In this document: piece by piece, positions 36,623-46,783 of the stretch
Layout: each line of letters opens with the position of its first letter
Position numbering within the stretch: position 1 is the first letter of the stretch
NCBI GenBank assembly: GCA_965263355.1
Contig: CBDHHL010000039.1
Location: forward strand, 18,821 to 82,820
Direction of reading: 5' to 3'
DNA length: 64,000 nucleotides
DNA from: Leptolyngbyaceae cyanobacterium
Lineage (GTDB): Bacteria; Cyanobacteriota; Cyanobacteriia; Phormidesmidales; Phormidesmidaceae
Position numbers and translations under genes: made by a program
Notes under the pieces: generated by a model
The model's input: only the letters and a program-made list of their open reading frames with translations
Databases searched by the model: none
Told to the model about the DNA's origin: nothing

Positions 36623-38341
36623 TTAGCACATAAAAATCAACTGTTTACGTGCCCTAGTAGCTGCGGTGTACAGCAGCTTTCGAGGATCCCAAGTTTCGTC
36701 AAATTTTGCTTGTGCGTTCGACATAAGAGTCTTCATGTCAAGCACGACAATATCTACTGTTACGCCTTGCAGCCGATGGCAAGTGCTCACATAGCTGTAA
36801 CTGGCCTTATCAGCAAAGTTGGCCAAGTCAAAGTAGTCTATCCACAATCTCGTTTTAAGCTTTTGATATTCATACTGCTGTAAAGGTTTGCCGTTCTTCT
36901 TTTCCCACCAATTTTTTAAACCAAACTCTTCCCAAACAGCCTTAGCCTGCTCCCCTTCCTGTCCTCTAATACCTGTAGATTTACGACTGCGGGTCTGAGT
37001 AACTTTTGCTCGGCTAGCTAGCTGCTTACATTCAAGCTGCCATTGGTCGTACTGAGCTGGGTTGAGCAAACATATTGCTTTTCGTTCCGAGAACGGTAGC
37101 CCTGACTCATAACGCCGATACCGAAAAATCATCCGGCTAAATTTAGTACCAAGCTTTGATGTCATCTCAAATGACTGGTCTGTAAGAATTGTTCCAGAAG
37201 TGCCAAGACTTACATATGCACCCGGTCCGCATAGGTCGCCAAGTTCTAAAAGTGTGCTGGTGTGTTCTTCCAGCTTCGATTTTTTCCCACCGCAAGCAAC
37301 GTCATAAGCATATGAACTGCTACGGCTAACAGCATTCAACGTCAACACAACATCCCCTGGATCGTAAAATAGTCCAGACAAATCCCCATCTTTGAGAATG
37401 CCGCGAATCTGATAATTAAGGGCCATCACCCTAGCGTTAGTCGCTGCAGCAAATCGGATAGACTCCCCAGCTGCGTACAGTTCTTTAAGTTGAGGCATGA
37501 CTTCCCACTCTTGCAGAACCATTAAAGTGTCATCTTCCTCCACTCGCTGATGCAGCCAGTTGTAATCTCGTTCAGTACGAACCTTATTGCAGTATTCAAG
37601 AATTGCGCCCTTATAGCGAACAACCTCTGTTAACTCTTGGAATGACGGCAAAGACTCAACCTTGCTAATTGTTTCGCCAATAGGTGGCAGCTGAGCAGGA
37701 TCCCCCAAGAAAATAATTTGAAAGTCAGGGTGCATCACTGGGTCATTCGCTAGTTCGCAAAAAAGCCCATATAGAAGCTTGTCGATCATTGACCATTCAT
37801 CAACTAACAAAAACCTGACTTTTTCTATTCCTTCCTTGAGCTTTCCGCTAGGCACAAACGATTGAACTTCAGCGTCTGAAGCGTTGCGACGTATCAACAA
37901 AGCATCAATTAACGCCGATTCATCCGTACTTCTAAGCTCTTCTTTAATGCCTAAAAGGACATCTAATTTATCTTGGTCCTTTCGTTTGAACTCAACTGTC
38001 TTAGGCCGCAAACCAAGCAATGAATGAGCGGTGGTCACCTCAGTGACAGCACTTCCCCTCAACGAGTTCTCAATCACCCCTTTAGCTTGATGAGTAGGAG
38101 CGCAAGCCCAGACAGGACCATTAATAAGCCCCTCTTCAATAGCAGCCTGCACAACATATTTAATCACGGTGGTCTTTCCCGTCCCAGCAAAGCCAGTCAC
38201 ACGAGCAAGCTTAGAAGGCTTAAGCCTTAGCCATTCCAGTACCTCAGCTTTAAGAACCTCTTGCTGGCCTGTCAACGTTATTTTTGGCGATTCGTCATCG
38301 CCAGTAGCCATCAATAATGACGACTGAATCGCCTCAACCAT
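36623..38341 (-). CDS. RecD/Dda-like SF1B helicase
   Basis: GFAGTGKT, APTH, VDEWSM, GDPAQLPP, TCHRLQG and LYTAATRA. Confidence 0.9.
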   Translation of the reverse strand: MVEAIQSSLLMATGDDESPKITLTGQQEVLKAEVLEWLRLKPSKLARVTGFAGTGKTTVIKYVVQAAIEEGLINGPVWACAPTHQAKGVIENSLRGSAVTEVTTAHSLLGLRPKTVEFKRKDQDKLDVLLGIKEELRSTDESALIDALLIRRNASDAEVQSFVPSGKLKEGIEKVRFLLVDEWSMIDKLLYGLFCELANDPVMHPDFQIIFLGDPAQLPPIGETISKVESLPSFQELTEVVRYKGAILEYCNKVRTERDYNWLHQRVEEDDTLMVLQEWEVMPQLKELYAAGESIRFAAATNARVMALNYQIRGILKDGDLSGLFYDPGDVVLTLNAVSRSSSYAYDVACGGKKSKLEEHTSTLLELGDLCGPGAYVSLGTSGTILTDQSFEMTSKLGTKFSRMIFRYRRYESGLPFSERKAICLLNPAQYDQWQLECKQLASRAKVTQTRSRKSTGIRGQEGEQAKAVWEEFGLKNWWEKKNGKPLQQYEYQKLKTRLWIDYFDLANFADKASYSYVSTCHRLQGVTVDIVVLDMKTLMSNAQAKFDETWDPRKLLYTAATRARKQLIFMC

Positions 38342-38558
38342 ACAAATCACCCAAAATCTCTACAACCACAATAGTAGCAACCACAACCATACCTGTAAAG
38401 ACACTTGACAAAAAATAAACGCCACTGACAGGCCAGCAAGCGAGTCCTTCAAAAGCAAAAATCAGAGCAACTGGCACACTAAAAAGCAAATTTAACGACA
38501 GAATGCGGGTTTCAGCGCTTTTCAGCTTTAGTGCATCAGTACTATAGTTTTTGGGCAA
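38334..38558 (-). CDS. Small membrane protein
   Basis: Two hydrophobic segments. Confidence 0.45.
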   Translation of the reverse strand: MPKNYSTDALKLKSAETRILSLNLLFSVPVALIFAFEGLACWPVSGVYFLSSVFTGMVVVATIVVVEILGDLYG

Positions 38559-38559
38559 A

Positions 38560-39170
38560 ACTTAGATTCTATTTAACAGACATTACCCCCCTGGATTCTG
38601 CAAAAAAGCATTCAAAAAATCACTGGGTTTCACCTATTAATCCACTGCTTTTCAGTAGTTATTTCATAGTTATTTCAAGCGCTTTTTATCGGCTGCATCC
38701 CTTGCTATATATACGTTTCAGCTATTTCTATGCTTTAATATTTTATATATTTCAATTTCAAACTTTCTGTTTTAGAAATAGATAGAGGCTAATAGGGCAT
38801 AGATAGGGAGCACTCCCATAGAAAACAGAAAGTTTGAGCCAAAAAATGGCCATTTCGATAAAAAAATCGCTGAAACCATTGATATAAAAGGATTTCAAAA
38901 TTCAAGTTTTAGTGAAATTCCTAGGAATTTACTAATGATTTTTGTGAAAAAACTGATCACTTTTTGGGTTCAACTACCACTAGTCCTACAAATCACTATC
39001 AACTGGCACACTCAACCAGGGTTTTATGAAGACAGCCTACTTGGTGTCATTTGATACATCGCTAAGCTTTTCTTAGGCCCCCTCGTTCTAGGAAAGGGTG
39101 AGGGGGGGAGCGGCGGCAGTTTTGTTTTGCTGGCTCTAGGGCTGGTTGCAGCGGTCGATATTGGCAAAGT
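38560..39170. other. Probable replication origin region
   Basis: AT-rich gap between primase and helicase; 16-bp inverted repeat 38758-38773/38822-38837; TGAAACC..TTTCA palindrome near 38870. Confidence 0.45.
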
Positions 39171-39202
39171 AAAAGCGCCTCAGGTTTGGTGACCTGAAGC
39201 GC
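39171..39202 (-). terminator. Terminator downstream of the primase gene
   Basis: GCGCTTCAGGT-CACCAA-ACCTGAGGCGC-TTTT on the minus strand. Confidence 0.7.
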
Positions 39203-39233
39203 TCGTGTAGTTGTCTGTTTCGATGTTTGTAGT

Positions 39234-41483
39234 TTAGTTGAATAGTCCTAGCATTTTTCTAATGTCAACGTCTTTTAGGGGAGGCAGTGTTAGCGGTATG
39301 CCTTCTCCTGTCTTCCTCTGAGTTTCGGCCCCGGCGGCAAGGATGTATTTTTTCCAATTTCGCATTTTTAATGGTTTGCAGCCCGTGTCGATCACCCACT
39401 CTTTATAGCGGTTGTACCAGACACTAATTATTTGAGTTTGAGCAACGGATAGTTCTAAATGCTCCATCCATTCATAGACAGTATTTGACTCTGCCAAGTG
39501 ACGTTGCTGTAATGCTATGTTCTCCTCAGACTTGAGGTGGGTTTTTAGTACCTCCACTGCTTCATCTAGGGAGATAGCCCAGGCCCAATTAAATATTCCT
39601 GGTAGCTCAGCTTTTAACTTGTTGGCCAGCTCTGTATCAATCTCGGTAGGTTTGCGGCTAAATGGGATATATAGTACTCGCCTACTAAGGCCTTCTTGGT
39701 CAGCTGCCCTGGACTTGATCGGTTGGTTCATGGCTGCCCATAAGACAGTTTTGAATTCTTCGGTTCTTTTATCTTTATATTTAGCTTCTACGTCCAGGGG
39801 TTCGTTGACACAGATTGAGTTGATATTTCCAACCGCCTGACTGCTCAATTCGCCTTTGAGATCCATTGCAAAACAAGCCCGTTTGCCGGACATCCCGTTC
39901 ATGCCGCGAGCATCATTTACATTGTGATAATTCCAGGCGGCATAACTGCCCTCGCCTATCAGCTGCGTTAACACACTTAAAAATGTCCCTTTACCGAGGC
40001 CAGCGGGGCCAATTAGAACAGGCCAGATATGGATAGGGTAGGGGCCTTGTTTTTTAGGCGTGATCGTCCAACGAATAAGGGCTTGAATAATCTCTGGCCA
40101 CTTTTCATCATCTTCAAACAGCCAATTCAGCCAGGTTAGCCATTGGATGCACTGCGCCTCAGGGTCATACGAAAACCCTAATGTCTGAGTAATATAATTT
40201 TTAGGAGAGTGTGGAATAAGCTTTTTTTTATTAAGCTCCAGCACTCCATTAATAAATCCTAGTAGATGCGGTTGATCGAATTGATCTTTGCTTAATCGGG
40301 TCTTGTTCTCCACAAACCTCAGTTCTTGCGCCGCGATCGCACGCTTCCTATTTAGCCAGTATTGAGCGTCGGCTATTTGTTCGGAAAGTAGTTTCCAGGC
40401 TTCCTCGCCTACGTCTTTCCAGATGCCCTCTGGACAATATTGACGTTTTGAATAATCAGGGATATTGGCATAAATCCCATGCAAGGATAGCCAGCTGATT
40501 AACCCCCTAACATGATGCTGTTTATTAATAGGAGTATCTTTGTGGGCATCGTCTCCCAGTGGTTCAGCCGCAAACAGGCACTCAGTATCTAATGACTTGT
40601 CTTCCCATTTGCATTTTACTAATGGCAATGCATGTCTTAACAATTCCTTTACTGGTGACTCGCCTAATAACACAATTGCGTCATCTAAGCCTAGTTTTTT
40701 GGTCTTTTTTTCATTAGCAAGTTTTAATCGGGTTGGGAGCAGCGCATACTTTAATTTTTTAGCTAATGCTAGTGTTCGGGTAGGCACTCGCTCATTAGAA
40801 CATGTCTCGTCTATTTCGAGCTGATGATAAGCCTCTATTAAGTTTCCAGCCAATGCTTTGATAGCTCTAGCAACCTGATATTTGTGGGTGATGTCGCTGT
40901 CAAAAACTATGGTTAAATTTTGCGCGGCTCTGACATCAATTTCATCAACCAGGCATCCTAAAGCACGGTTACCCCATTCGTCCTTATCGCCAGTCTTGTA
41001 ACTGTAAACCCCTCCAATCCCTATGCATGGAATATTACAGAGTGTTGCCAGTAGGCTTTTTTTCTCGCCTTCTGTTAAGGCTAGATTAATGCCTGAAAGC
41101 TTAGTAAAATCGACTTTGTTAGCCACTCTCGGAAAATAAATCCGTGGGGGCGCCCCTTTTGGGGACAGATATGTGCATTTTGGGCTTGGCGGGTTGTCTG
41201 GCCTGAGTCTAAAAAATGGCCTGTTATCATCCCCCCATCGATATACGTCCTTGCCGTCAATCGTGAAATAAGTGAATATCAGACCGGCTCTACCGTGGCC
41301 TGTGAGCGTTCTAGCTAAGGCAGCATCAGCGCTAAATATGCCAGCTACCAGGGCAGCACTGGGACTTATACCGCTTTCTGCCAAATGACTAATGTGATGG
41401 GCTTCTAGATAGTGCTGCTCGGGCAGCTCGGGAATAAACTTGCGTATTGATTTCCATCCAAAATTAGCTCTTAATCCACTCAT
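39234..41483 (-). CDS. Primase-helicase (DUF3854 TOPRIM + D5-like SF3 helicase)
   Basis: TEGEKK, IGIGGV, FDSD, GLDD, F.NGVL and GPAGLGKGT. Confidence 0.9.
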   Translation of the reverse strand: MSGLRANFGWKSIRKFIPELPEQHYLEAHHISHLAESGISPSAALVAGIFSADAALARTLTGHGRAGLIFTYFTIDGKDVYRWGDDNRPFFRLRPDNPPSPKCTYLSPKGAPPRIYFPRVANKVDFTKLSGINLALTEGEKKSLLATLCNIPCIGIGGVYSYKTGDKDEWGNRALGCLVDEIDVRAAQNLTIVFDSDITHKYQVARAIKALAGNLIEAYHQLEIDETCSNERVPTRTLALAKKLKYALLPTRLKLANEKKTKKLGLDDAIVLLGESPVKELLRHALPLVKCKWEDKSLDTECLFAAEPLGDDAHKDTPINKQHHVRGLISWLSLHGIYANIPDYSKRQYCPEGIWKDVGEEAWKLLSEQIADAQYWLNRKRAIAAQELRFVENKTRLSKDQFDQPHLLGFINGVLELNKKKLIPHSPKNYITQTLGFSYDPEAQCIQWLTWLNWLFEDDEKWPEIIQALIRWTITPKKQGPYPIHIWPVLIGPAGLGKGTFLSVLTQLIGEGSYAAWNYHNVNDARGMNGMSGKRACFAMDLKGELSSQAVGNINSICVNEPLDVEAKYKDKRTEEFKTVLWAAMNQPIKSRAADQEGLSRRVLYIPFSRKPTEIDTELANKLKAELPGIFNWAWAISLDEAVEVLKTHLKSEENIALQQRHLAESNTVYEWMEHLELSVAQTQIISVWYNRYKEWVIDTGCKPLKMRNWKKYILAAGAETQRKTGEGIPLTLPPLKDVDIRKMLGLFN

Positions 41484-41581
41484 ATTTATTAAATTCCAGG
41501 AAGCCCATTATATTTGCTGCGTTTTATATAATGGCATTGCTTTACAAGCATGGCTGTATTTTTTCTTTTTTGTCAAGCCCC

Positions 41582-41610
41582 TTGACAAACTTGATTGTAT
41601 TTTTTAGGCT
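41582..41610 (+). promoter_or_regulatory. Promoter TTGACA-17-TAGGCT
   Basis: Consensus -35 preceded by inverted TGTCAA. Confidence 0.6.
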
Positions 41611-41687
41611 TGTACTTGTAAGGCGTTTAGGGCGGTTCGATACCACGTTTGCCCTAACTCGATGTTCAAAAATTGGAATTTATTATT

Positions 41688-42869
41688 ATGGCAAGATTTC
41701 AAAAGAAAGCCTCTAGTGCTCAAACTGTTGAAAATACTGCAACTGTGACTGCACCAAGCATCAATCTTACTCAAAGGTTAATAGATCTAGAGACAGAGTT
41801 ATTGAGTGCTGGGATTAACGAAGATAAGATTGACATCCCAGATCAGAGCTTACCGGAAGATATTCGTGGGGCGTTTAACCAGCTTGCCGCGAAACTTGGC
41901 TTTACTGAGTACAATCCAGATGGCTGTACTTGCGTTTTTGTAAAAAATGACAATGGCGGTTATTTAGCTACACCTGCTGTTTATGCCTATGAAGACGGGA
42001 TTTGCATCAGATGGGGACAGCAGCGATTTGTTATCCCTAATGAAACTGTATTTCCTAGCGATTTGTATGCGCTTAATTTAGGCGATGACACGCTGATTTT
42101 AGATCCATCTGGATATGCGTTGGTTTGCCCTGTTCGCTTACAGTATGAGTATCGCTCTGAAGATGGGCGAAAACTCGTTAGCGCTCGTTTATCTATGGCA
42201 AATACGCCTGAAAAACTTACTGAGTTTTTGCTGCGAGGAGAGGAAAGGGTTGAGTGGGGGGATGTAGAAGACGGTTCAGATATTGAGTTTGCCCATATTA
42301 AATGGGTTCCCAAGAGAGACAAAGAAGGTGAATTTTACGGATCTATCTTAGGTGTTGTCGGTGAAAAACCGGTGCTTTTTTACGCACCAGGCAATAAAGA
42401 AGATTGGGTAAATTTTTCTATTGATGAAAACGGCTGGTTCACTGAAGAATTAACCGTTTCCAAGGAAGGCAAAAAACTTAGTGTTAATGGGCATGAGTTT
42501 GAGCTGACGGGAGGCAATTACATGAAGCTTTCCGAGCTTAGCCCTGAGGCTGAATATAAGGTAGTTGGTTACAAAAAGACTCAGGGCAAGTTTGGTGATG
42601 GGGTTGAAATTTATGTCATTGTTGATGGCTCTGAGAAGACGATTAATGGCAATACTTATATTAAACGGGTGCTTTCGGGCTCTACTACTCAATTAAGCAT
42701 TGATGCCCCTGCAATCCTTTCTATTGATAGGATTGAAGAGATGAAGAACAAGAACAAGCGAGTTATTTGTCGTTTACGTTTGCCTGAATCTTCTCAAAGT
42801 TCTTTTGTTGCGGGCATCAAGGCTCGTATTGCTGAGAACTCTAAGGCTCCTCAGCCAGCCGCTATTTAA
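41688..42869 (+). CDS. Hypothetical replication protein, possibly SSB with OB folds
   Basis: Divergent from primase; beta-rich, e.g. YKVVGYKKTQGKFG. Confidence 0.4.
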   Translation: MARFQKKASSAQTVENTATVTAPSINLTQRLIDLETELLSAGINEDKIDIPDQSLPEDIRGAFNQLAAKLGFTEYNPDGCTCVFVKNDNGGYLATPAVYAYEDGICIRWGQQRFVIPNETVFPSDLYALNLGDDTLILDPSGYALVCPVRLQYEYRSEDGRKLVSARLSMANTPEKLTEFLLRGEERVEWGDVEDGSDIEFAHIKWVPKRDKEGEFYGSILGVVGEKPVLFYAPGNKEDWVNFSIDENGWFTEELTVSKEGKKLSVNGHEFELTGGNYMKLSELSPEAEYKVVGYKKTQGKFGDGVEIYVIVDGSEKTINGNTYIKRVLSGSTTQLSIDAPAILSIDRIEEMKNKNKRVICRLRLPESSQSSFVAGIKARIAENSKAPQPAAI

Positions 42870-42920
42870 TAGTTAGTTTCATGCAGGGGTCATCTGGCCT
42901 CTGCTGTCTTGCTTTTTGAA

Positions 42921-43961
42921 ATGGTCATGAAAACAGGTTTATTCCCTACCCCTGGTAGCAAAAAAGATCGCGTCAAGTATCCTGTATGGGATAGGCGTTA
43001 TGTTTATGATGCCAGCATTGAGCCTTTTGCCTGTGCTGGCCACTTCAGTCATTGGATGCTCGGCAACGGAATTGTTAAGCGGGCTTTTTTGGCTGATATA
43101 GATCCTGTTGTTCAGGTAATTTATCAATGCTGGCAAGATAACAGTCTAAGGCAGCAAGTAGAGAAGACTATTAATAATTGGTCTAAAGAAGTGCTCTCGA
43201 AGGGGCCAAAGGTTGTTTACGAAAACCTTAAAGTCATTGTTGATACTAAGGATACAAGCGACTGTGTAACACTTGCTGCCGCGTCATTGTTGATTCGCGA
43301 GTTCACGTTTATGAGCTGCCTCAGGGCGAATACTAAGGGGCGATTAAACGTAAAAGAGAGTCGTGATAAGGTAGCCAGTCTCAAAAAAAAGTCTGGGTTT
43401 GTGAAAAATGAGCCTCAACTGTCGCCAGAGTTACTTGAAACACTGAATGATGGCTGGGGTTATAAGATGCCCTGGTTTAGCCCTAATTGGAAGCTTCATT
43501 TTTCTAATGACGCTCATGCTTGCATTGATAGTTTTGAACTGTCTACTACTGGCAAAACGATCGCTTTGCATGATGCGCCTTATTGGGTGCCGAAAGGCTC
43601 TAGGCCGGGACGACGGGGGACAGGTGCATTAACACCGTCGTATATCTGCCATGGTGATCCGCAAGGGAGCGATTTGTTTGATTTGATTGTTAGCACGTTA
43701 GAAAGGCTGTTGGCTAACCCTCGAATTGAACGGGTTGTGATGACTAATTATATTTCAGACCCATTGTGTGACGCGATTGAACGGATGGATAAGCTTGGCC
43801 GTGATTGGCGGCTAACATCTCTTAGTGTTTTGACTGGGGGCAACAACGGGATTAACGGCAATAGTCGAGACGATCAGTTTGTCGAGGGTTTTTGGGAATT
43901 CGGGGGCGATTTTACGCTGGGCAAATATGAACAAAAAAGTTTATTGGAGTTGGCGGTTTGA
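42921..43961 (+). CDS. Dam-like (D12 class) adenine methyltransferase with variant motifs
   Basis: PGSK, IEPFACAG, LADID and HDAPY (DPPY-like). Confidence 0.7.
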   Translation: MVMKTGLFPTPGSKKDRVKYPVWDRRYVYDASIEPFACAGHFSHWMLGNGIVKRAFLADIDPVVQVIYQCWQDNSLRQQVEKTINNWSKEVLSKGPKVVYENLKVIVDTKDTSDCVTLAAASLLIREFTFMSCLRANTKGRLNVKESRDKVASLKKKSGFVKNEPQLSPELLETLNDGWGYKMPWFSPNWKLHFSNDAHACIDSFELSTTGKTIALHDAPYWVPKGSRPGRRGTGALTPSYICHGDPQGSDLFDLIVSTLERLLANPRIERVVMTNYISDPLCDAIERMDKLGRDWRLTSLSVLTGGNNGINGNSRDDQFVEGFWEFGGDFTLGKYEQKSLLELAV

Positions 43962-44632
43962 TGGCTGAATGGACATTAGAACAAATTAAGAACGAAGTTG
44001 AAAAATACGAACAGTCCAGAAAGATTAGAACCAAGATCTTAAATATGATTTGCCAGGGTGGGGGCCATGTTCTGCCACCGTCTCGATCAGGTGCTGTTTT
44101 AAGCGCGTTCCGTCGGGCTGGATTGCTCATAGAAGACAATGAGCTTGCCCCTGGAGTCCGTGAAATATGGATGAAGTACAAAAATCTTGAACCATTTACT
44201 GAGGTTGAATTAATCGAAGCAGCGTTTGAGTTATTGACTGACATTCAGGCTAGGCAGTTTGAAGATTTTTTAACTAAGAATTTGCCTATGAACCAGCGGG
44301 TTCGTGATGCACTTCTAAGGTTAAAGTTAATACAGCGTGGCTCAGGTTGTTATGATTTTTATGCGACTGAGTTGGTCAGAAAGCTATGGTTCAGGAGCAA
44401 TAGGCAACGGATAATTCAAACAGAGATATATTCTAGACCAAGAATTTTTAGGCAAGACCCAATCCGCGAAGTTTCCCCGTTTGATGGCTTGAAATATGCC
44501 GATATCTTGGAATATCAAGTGTTAAGGGAAAGTCAGAAAGACTATGTTTTTGCCCTGCTGCGTGATGGGGAAATCAATAAAGCCAAACAACATTTGAGAG
44601 GGAACAAGCGTGAACTGTCCAGAAGAAATTAA
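43958..44632 (+). CDS. Hypothetical protein
   Basis: ORF. Confidence 0.65.
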   Translation: MMAEWTLEQIKNEVEKYEQSRKIRTKILNMICQGGGHVLPPSRSGAVLSAFRRAGLLIEDNELAPGVREIWMKYKNLEPFTEVELIEAAFELLTDIQARQFEDFLTKNLPMNQRVRDALLRLKLIQRGSGCYDFYATELVRKLWFRSNRQRIIQTEIYSRPRIFRQDPIREVSPFDGLKYADILEYQVLRESQKDYVFALLRDGEINKAKQHLRGNKRELSRRN

Positions 44633-44801
44633 AATAATTGCTCGCCAAAATGAAATCAATAAAAAGTGGCGAGTGTATGCAGGCGATAAAGCTTTATTTC
44701 ACCTTGTATGGGCATGGATGTTTGCTGAGGAGCAAAGACGATGACAACCGCTAAAGAGATCTTCAGGCGACGAGCCAAACAGTATTACGAGAAAAAATAT
44801 T

Positions 44802-46262
44802 CTAACGGTAAAACTCAACTCTCACCCGCTCTTGCAGTGAAAGTTGTTTCCCATGAACAACAACCTGCTTAATCAGTGAGTCAAGGATAATCCTTAGCTC
44901 ACTGGGTGCTAACTCTTCCCAGAATTCAGGGTCAGCAGCAACTGTCTCGTAAATGTCAACGTCATTCGGGTCTATGTCTTGTCCAGTGGCTTGCTCCAGC
45001 TTTGATAGTTGCTGCTGTTTAGTCTGAATCACTCCACTCAGTTCTGGATCAGCCATTGCCTGTAGCTGCTGTATCTGGTTTCTGAGTTTTATTATTTCTG
45101 GACTCACTTCAGTGTTCGGTTCAGCAAATTCTTGAGCAATGTCGATCGCTCTAGCGCAAACCTGTGAAATCACTTCCTTAAAAAACTCATCTGTTTTGAT
45201 TGAATTTTTGTAGGGGCATCGTCTTTTTACTCGACTGTTAATGGTTGATTCTGTCCCACCACGGCAAACCAGATAAGAATACGTTTTTCCCTGCCTATGG
45301 ACAGTGCTATTATTGTGTCTGCCGCCGCATAAGCCACACTTAATTTTGCCAGCTAATGGCTTCCTGCTTCTGGGCTTCCCATCGTTCATCGGATTAGGGG
45401 CAGAGGCAATATTTTCGACAGTTACTTGCACAGCTCGCCATCGGTCAGGGTCCATAATCGCTTCATGGTCTCCCTTTCTGACTAGCTCATTAGGCTTGCC
45501 AGGGAAGTCAACCAGATAACCACGAATCACGGGAGATTTAACCCATCGCATAAATCCCTTAGTACTGACAGGGAAGTTTTTAGCGACTCCCCATCTGTCA
45601 GAATGTCGCTCACCATAACGATCGCACATCGCCCGAATAGTGGCCCGGTATCCTCCAAGCTCAATTAACGTATCGATCATTTCAATGGCAATTTCCCGAT
45701 AAGTCTGTCCGTCAGAACCAGGGAAAATATCATCATTAATTACTAGCCGCTGGTCAATGCCCTTTTTATAGCCAAATGGCGGATTAACTATTCTGTTTTG
45801 ACTACGCCTGAACGCATGCCCTTTTACGCTGTGTTCTCGTGCCTGGTCCCGTTGATGCTGGGCAAACGTGGCATCCAGATTAGCTTGCAGGTTCCCAGCT
45901 GCACTGGTCAAGTCGATAGGTGTTAAACCCTTATCCAGCTCAATTAGTTCGCAGCCATTTTCTAACAGCGTGTCTCTAATTTCCCCCCAAACTCTAATAT
46001 CCCGATGGATCCTGGAGTGATACGGGACTACAAAGTATTTTTTATTAGGATCCTGCAACCGGGCTAATGCCTTTTGTAAATCCTCGCGATCGAATGTGCC
46101 GCCGGATTCAGCGTCAGAATAAATATCAGTAGGAGCAATGCCGACCGATTCAAAATGCTCTAAATAACGCTCCGGACTATGGCCCTCTTGCTCTTGCCGC
46201 TGCGTTGAAACACGATAATATCCAATGGCCTGAGATGGATCGAAACTGCTGCTTGCGGACAA
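44802..46262 (-). CDS. Large serine recombinase/integrase (XisF-like)
   Basis: GYYRVST..Q, D.ESG...R, SRI.R, PFGY, zinc ribbon CGLCG..C..C and coiled coil. Confidence 0.92.
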   Translation of the reverse strand: MSASSSFDPSQAIGYYRVSTQRQEQEGHSPERYLEHFESVGIAPTDIYSDAESGGTFDREDLQKALARLQDPNKKYFVVPYHSRIHRDIRVWGEIRDTLLENGCELIELDKGLTPIDLTSAAGNLQANLDATFAQHQRDQAREHSVKGHAFRRSQNRIVNPPFGYKKGIDQRLVINDDIFPGSDGQTYREIAIEMIDTLIELGGYRATIRAMCDRYGERHSDRWGVAKNFPVSTKGFMRWVKSPVIRGYLVDFPGKPNELVRKGDHEAIMDPDRWRAVQVTVENIASAPNPMNDGKPRSRKPLAGKIKCGLCGGRHNNSTVHRQGKTYSYLVCRGGTESTINSRVKRRCPYKNSIKTDEFFKEVISQVCARAIDIAQEFAEPNTEVSPEIIKLRNQIQQLQAMADPELSGVIQTKQQQLSKLEQATGQDIDPNDVDIYETVAADPEFWEELAPSELRIILDSLIKQVVVHGKQLSLQERVRVEFYR

Positions 46263-46342
46263 CCTGGTACCTGACTAACACACCACAAAGCATGATATCA
46301 TCATCGTTGTACGCCAAGGGGTGAGCCCTGGCTTAGGAAAAG

Positions 46343-46600
46343 ATGTACAAACTTGTGGAACCAGTCGTATTAACGCCTAGGCAGCATGAGATTATTATGC
46401 TCATTAGCAAAGGCTGGCATAATAAAAAAATTGCCAGAGAGCTTGAAATCACCGTTCGTGTTGTCCGTAGTCATCTTAAGTTTGCTCGTGATAAGAATGG
46501 AGCTGTGACGACTGGACAACTGATGTATTGGATAGGGCAAAGAGGCGTCGTTTCCAGTGATGATCGCGGCAAACATATGAAGCAACTTAGCGTCGTTTAG
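46343..46600 (+). CDS. LuxR-type HTH regulator
   Basis: LTPRQ.EI...I.KG..NK.IA.EL.IT...V..HL. Confidence 0.85.
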   Translation: MYKLVEPVVLTPRQHEIIMLISKGWHNKKIARELEITVRVVRSHLKFARDKNGAVTTGQLMYWIGQRGVVSSDDRGKHMKQLSVV

Positions 46601-46781
46601 TCCAGCTTGGAACATAATCAGTACGATCGCAATTAGCCGCATATTCTCCAATTAACGGCAGTAGAACTTTATCGGCTGCCTTTAATATTTCGTCTCTTAG
46701 TAAGTCCTGAACTGGGATGCCCAGCTGTCTAGCCTTTTCAAGTACAGCTGAGTCCACTGGAATTGTAATATTTGCCTTCAA
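46587..46781 (-). CDS. Small CcdA/ribbon-helix-helix-like protein
   Basis: ITIPVDSAVLEKARQLGI. Confidence 0.5.
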   Translation of the reverse strand: MKANITIPVDSAVLEKARQLGIPVQDLLRDEILKAADKVLLPLIGEYAANCDRTDYVPSWTKRR

Positions 46782-46783
46782 AA

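Noticed and set aside
38531..38785. 84-aa plus-strand ORF
   Set aside because: Low-complexity product of an AT-rich region running against the operon direction
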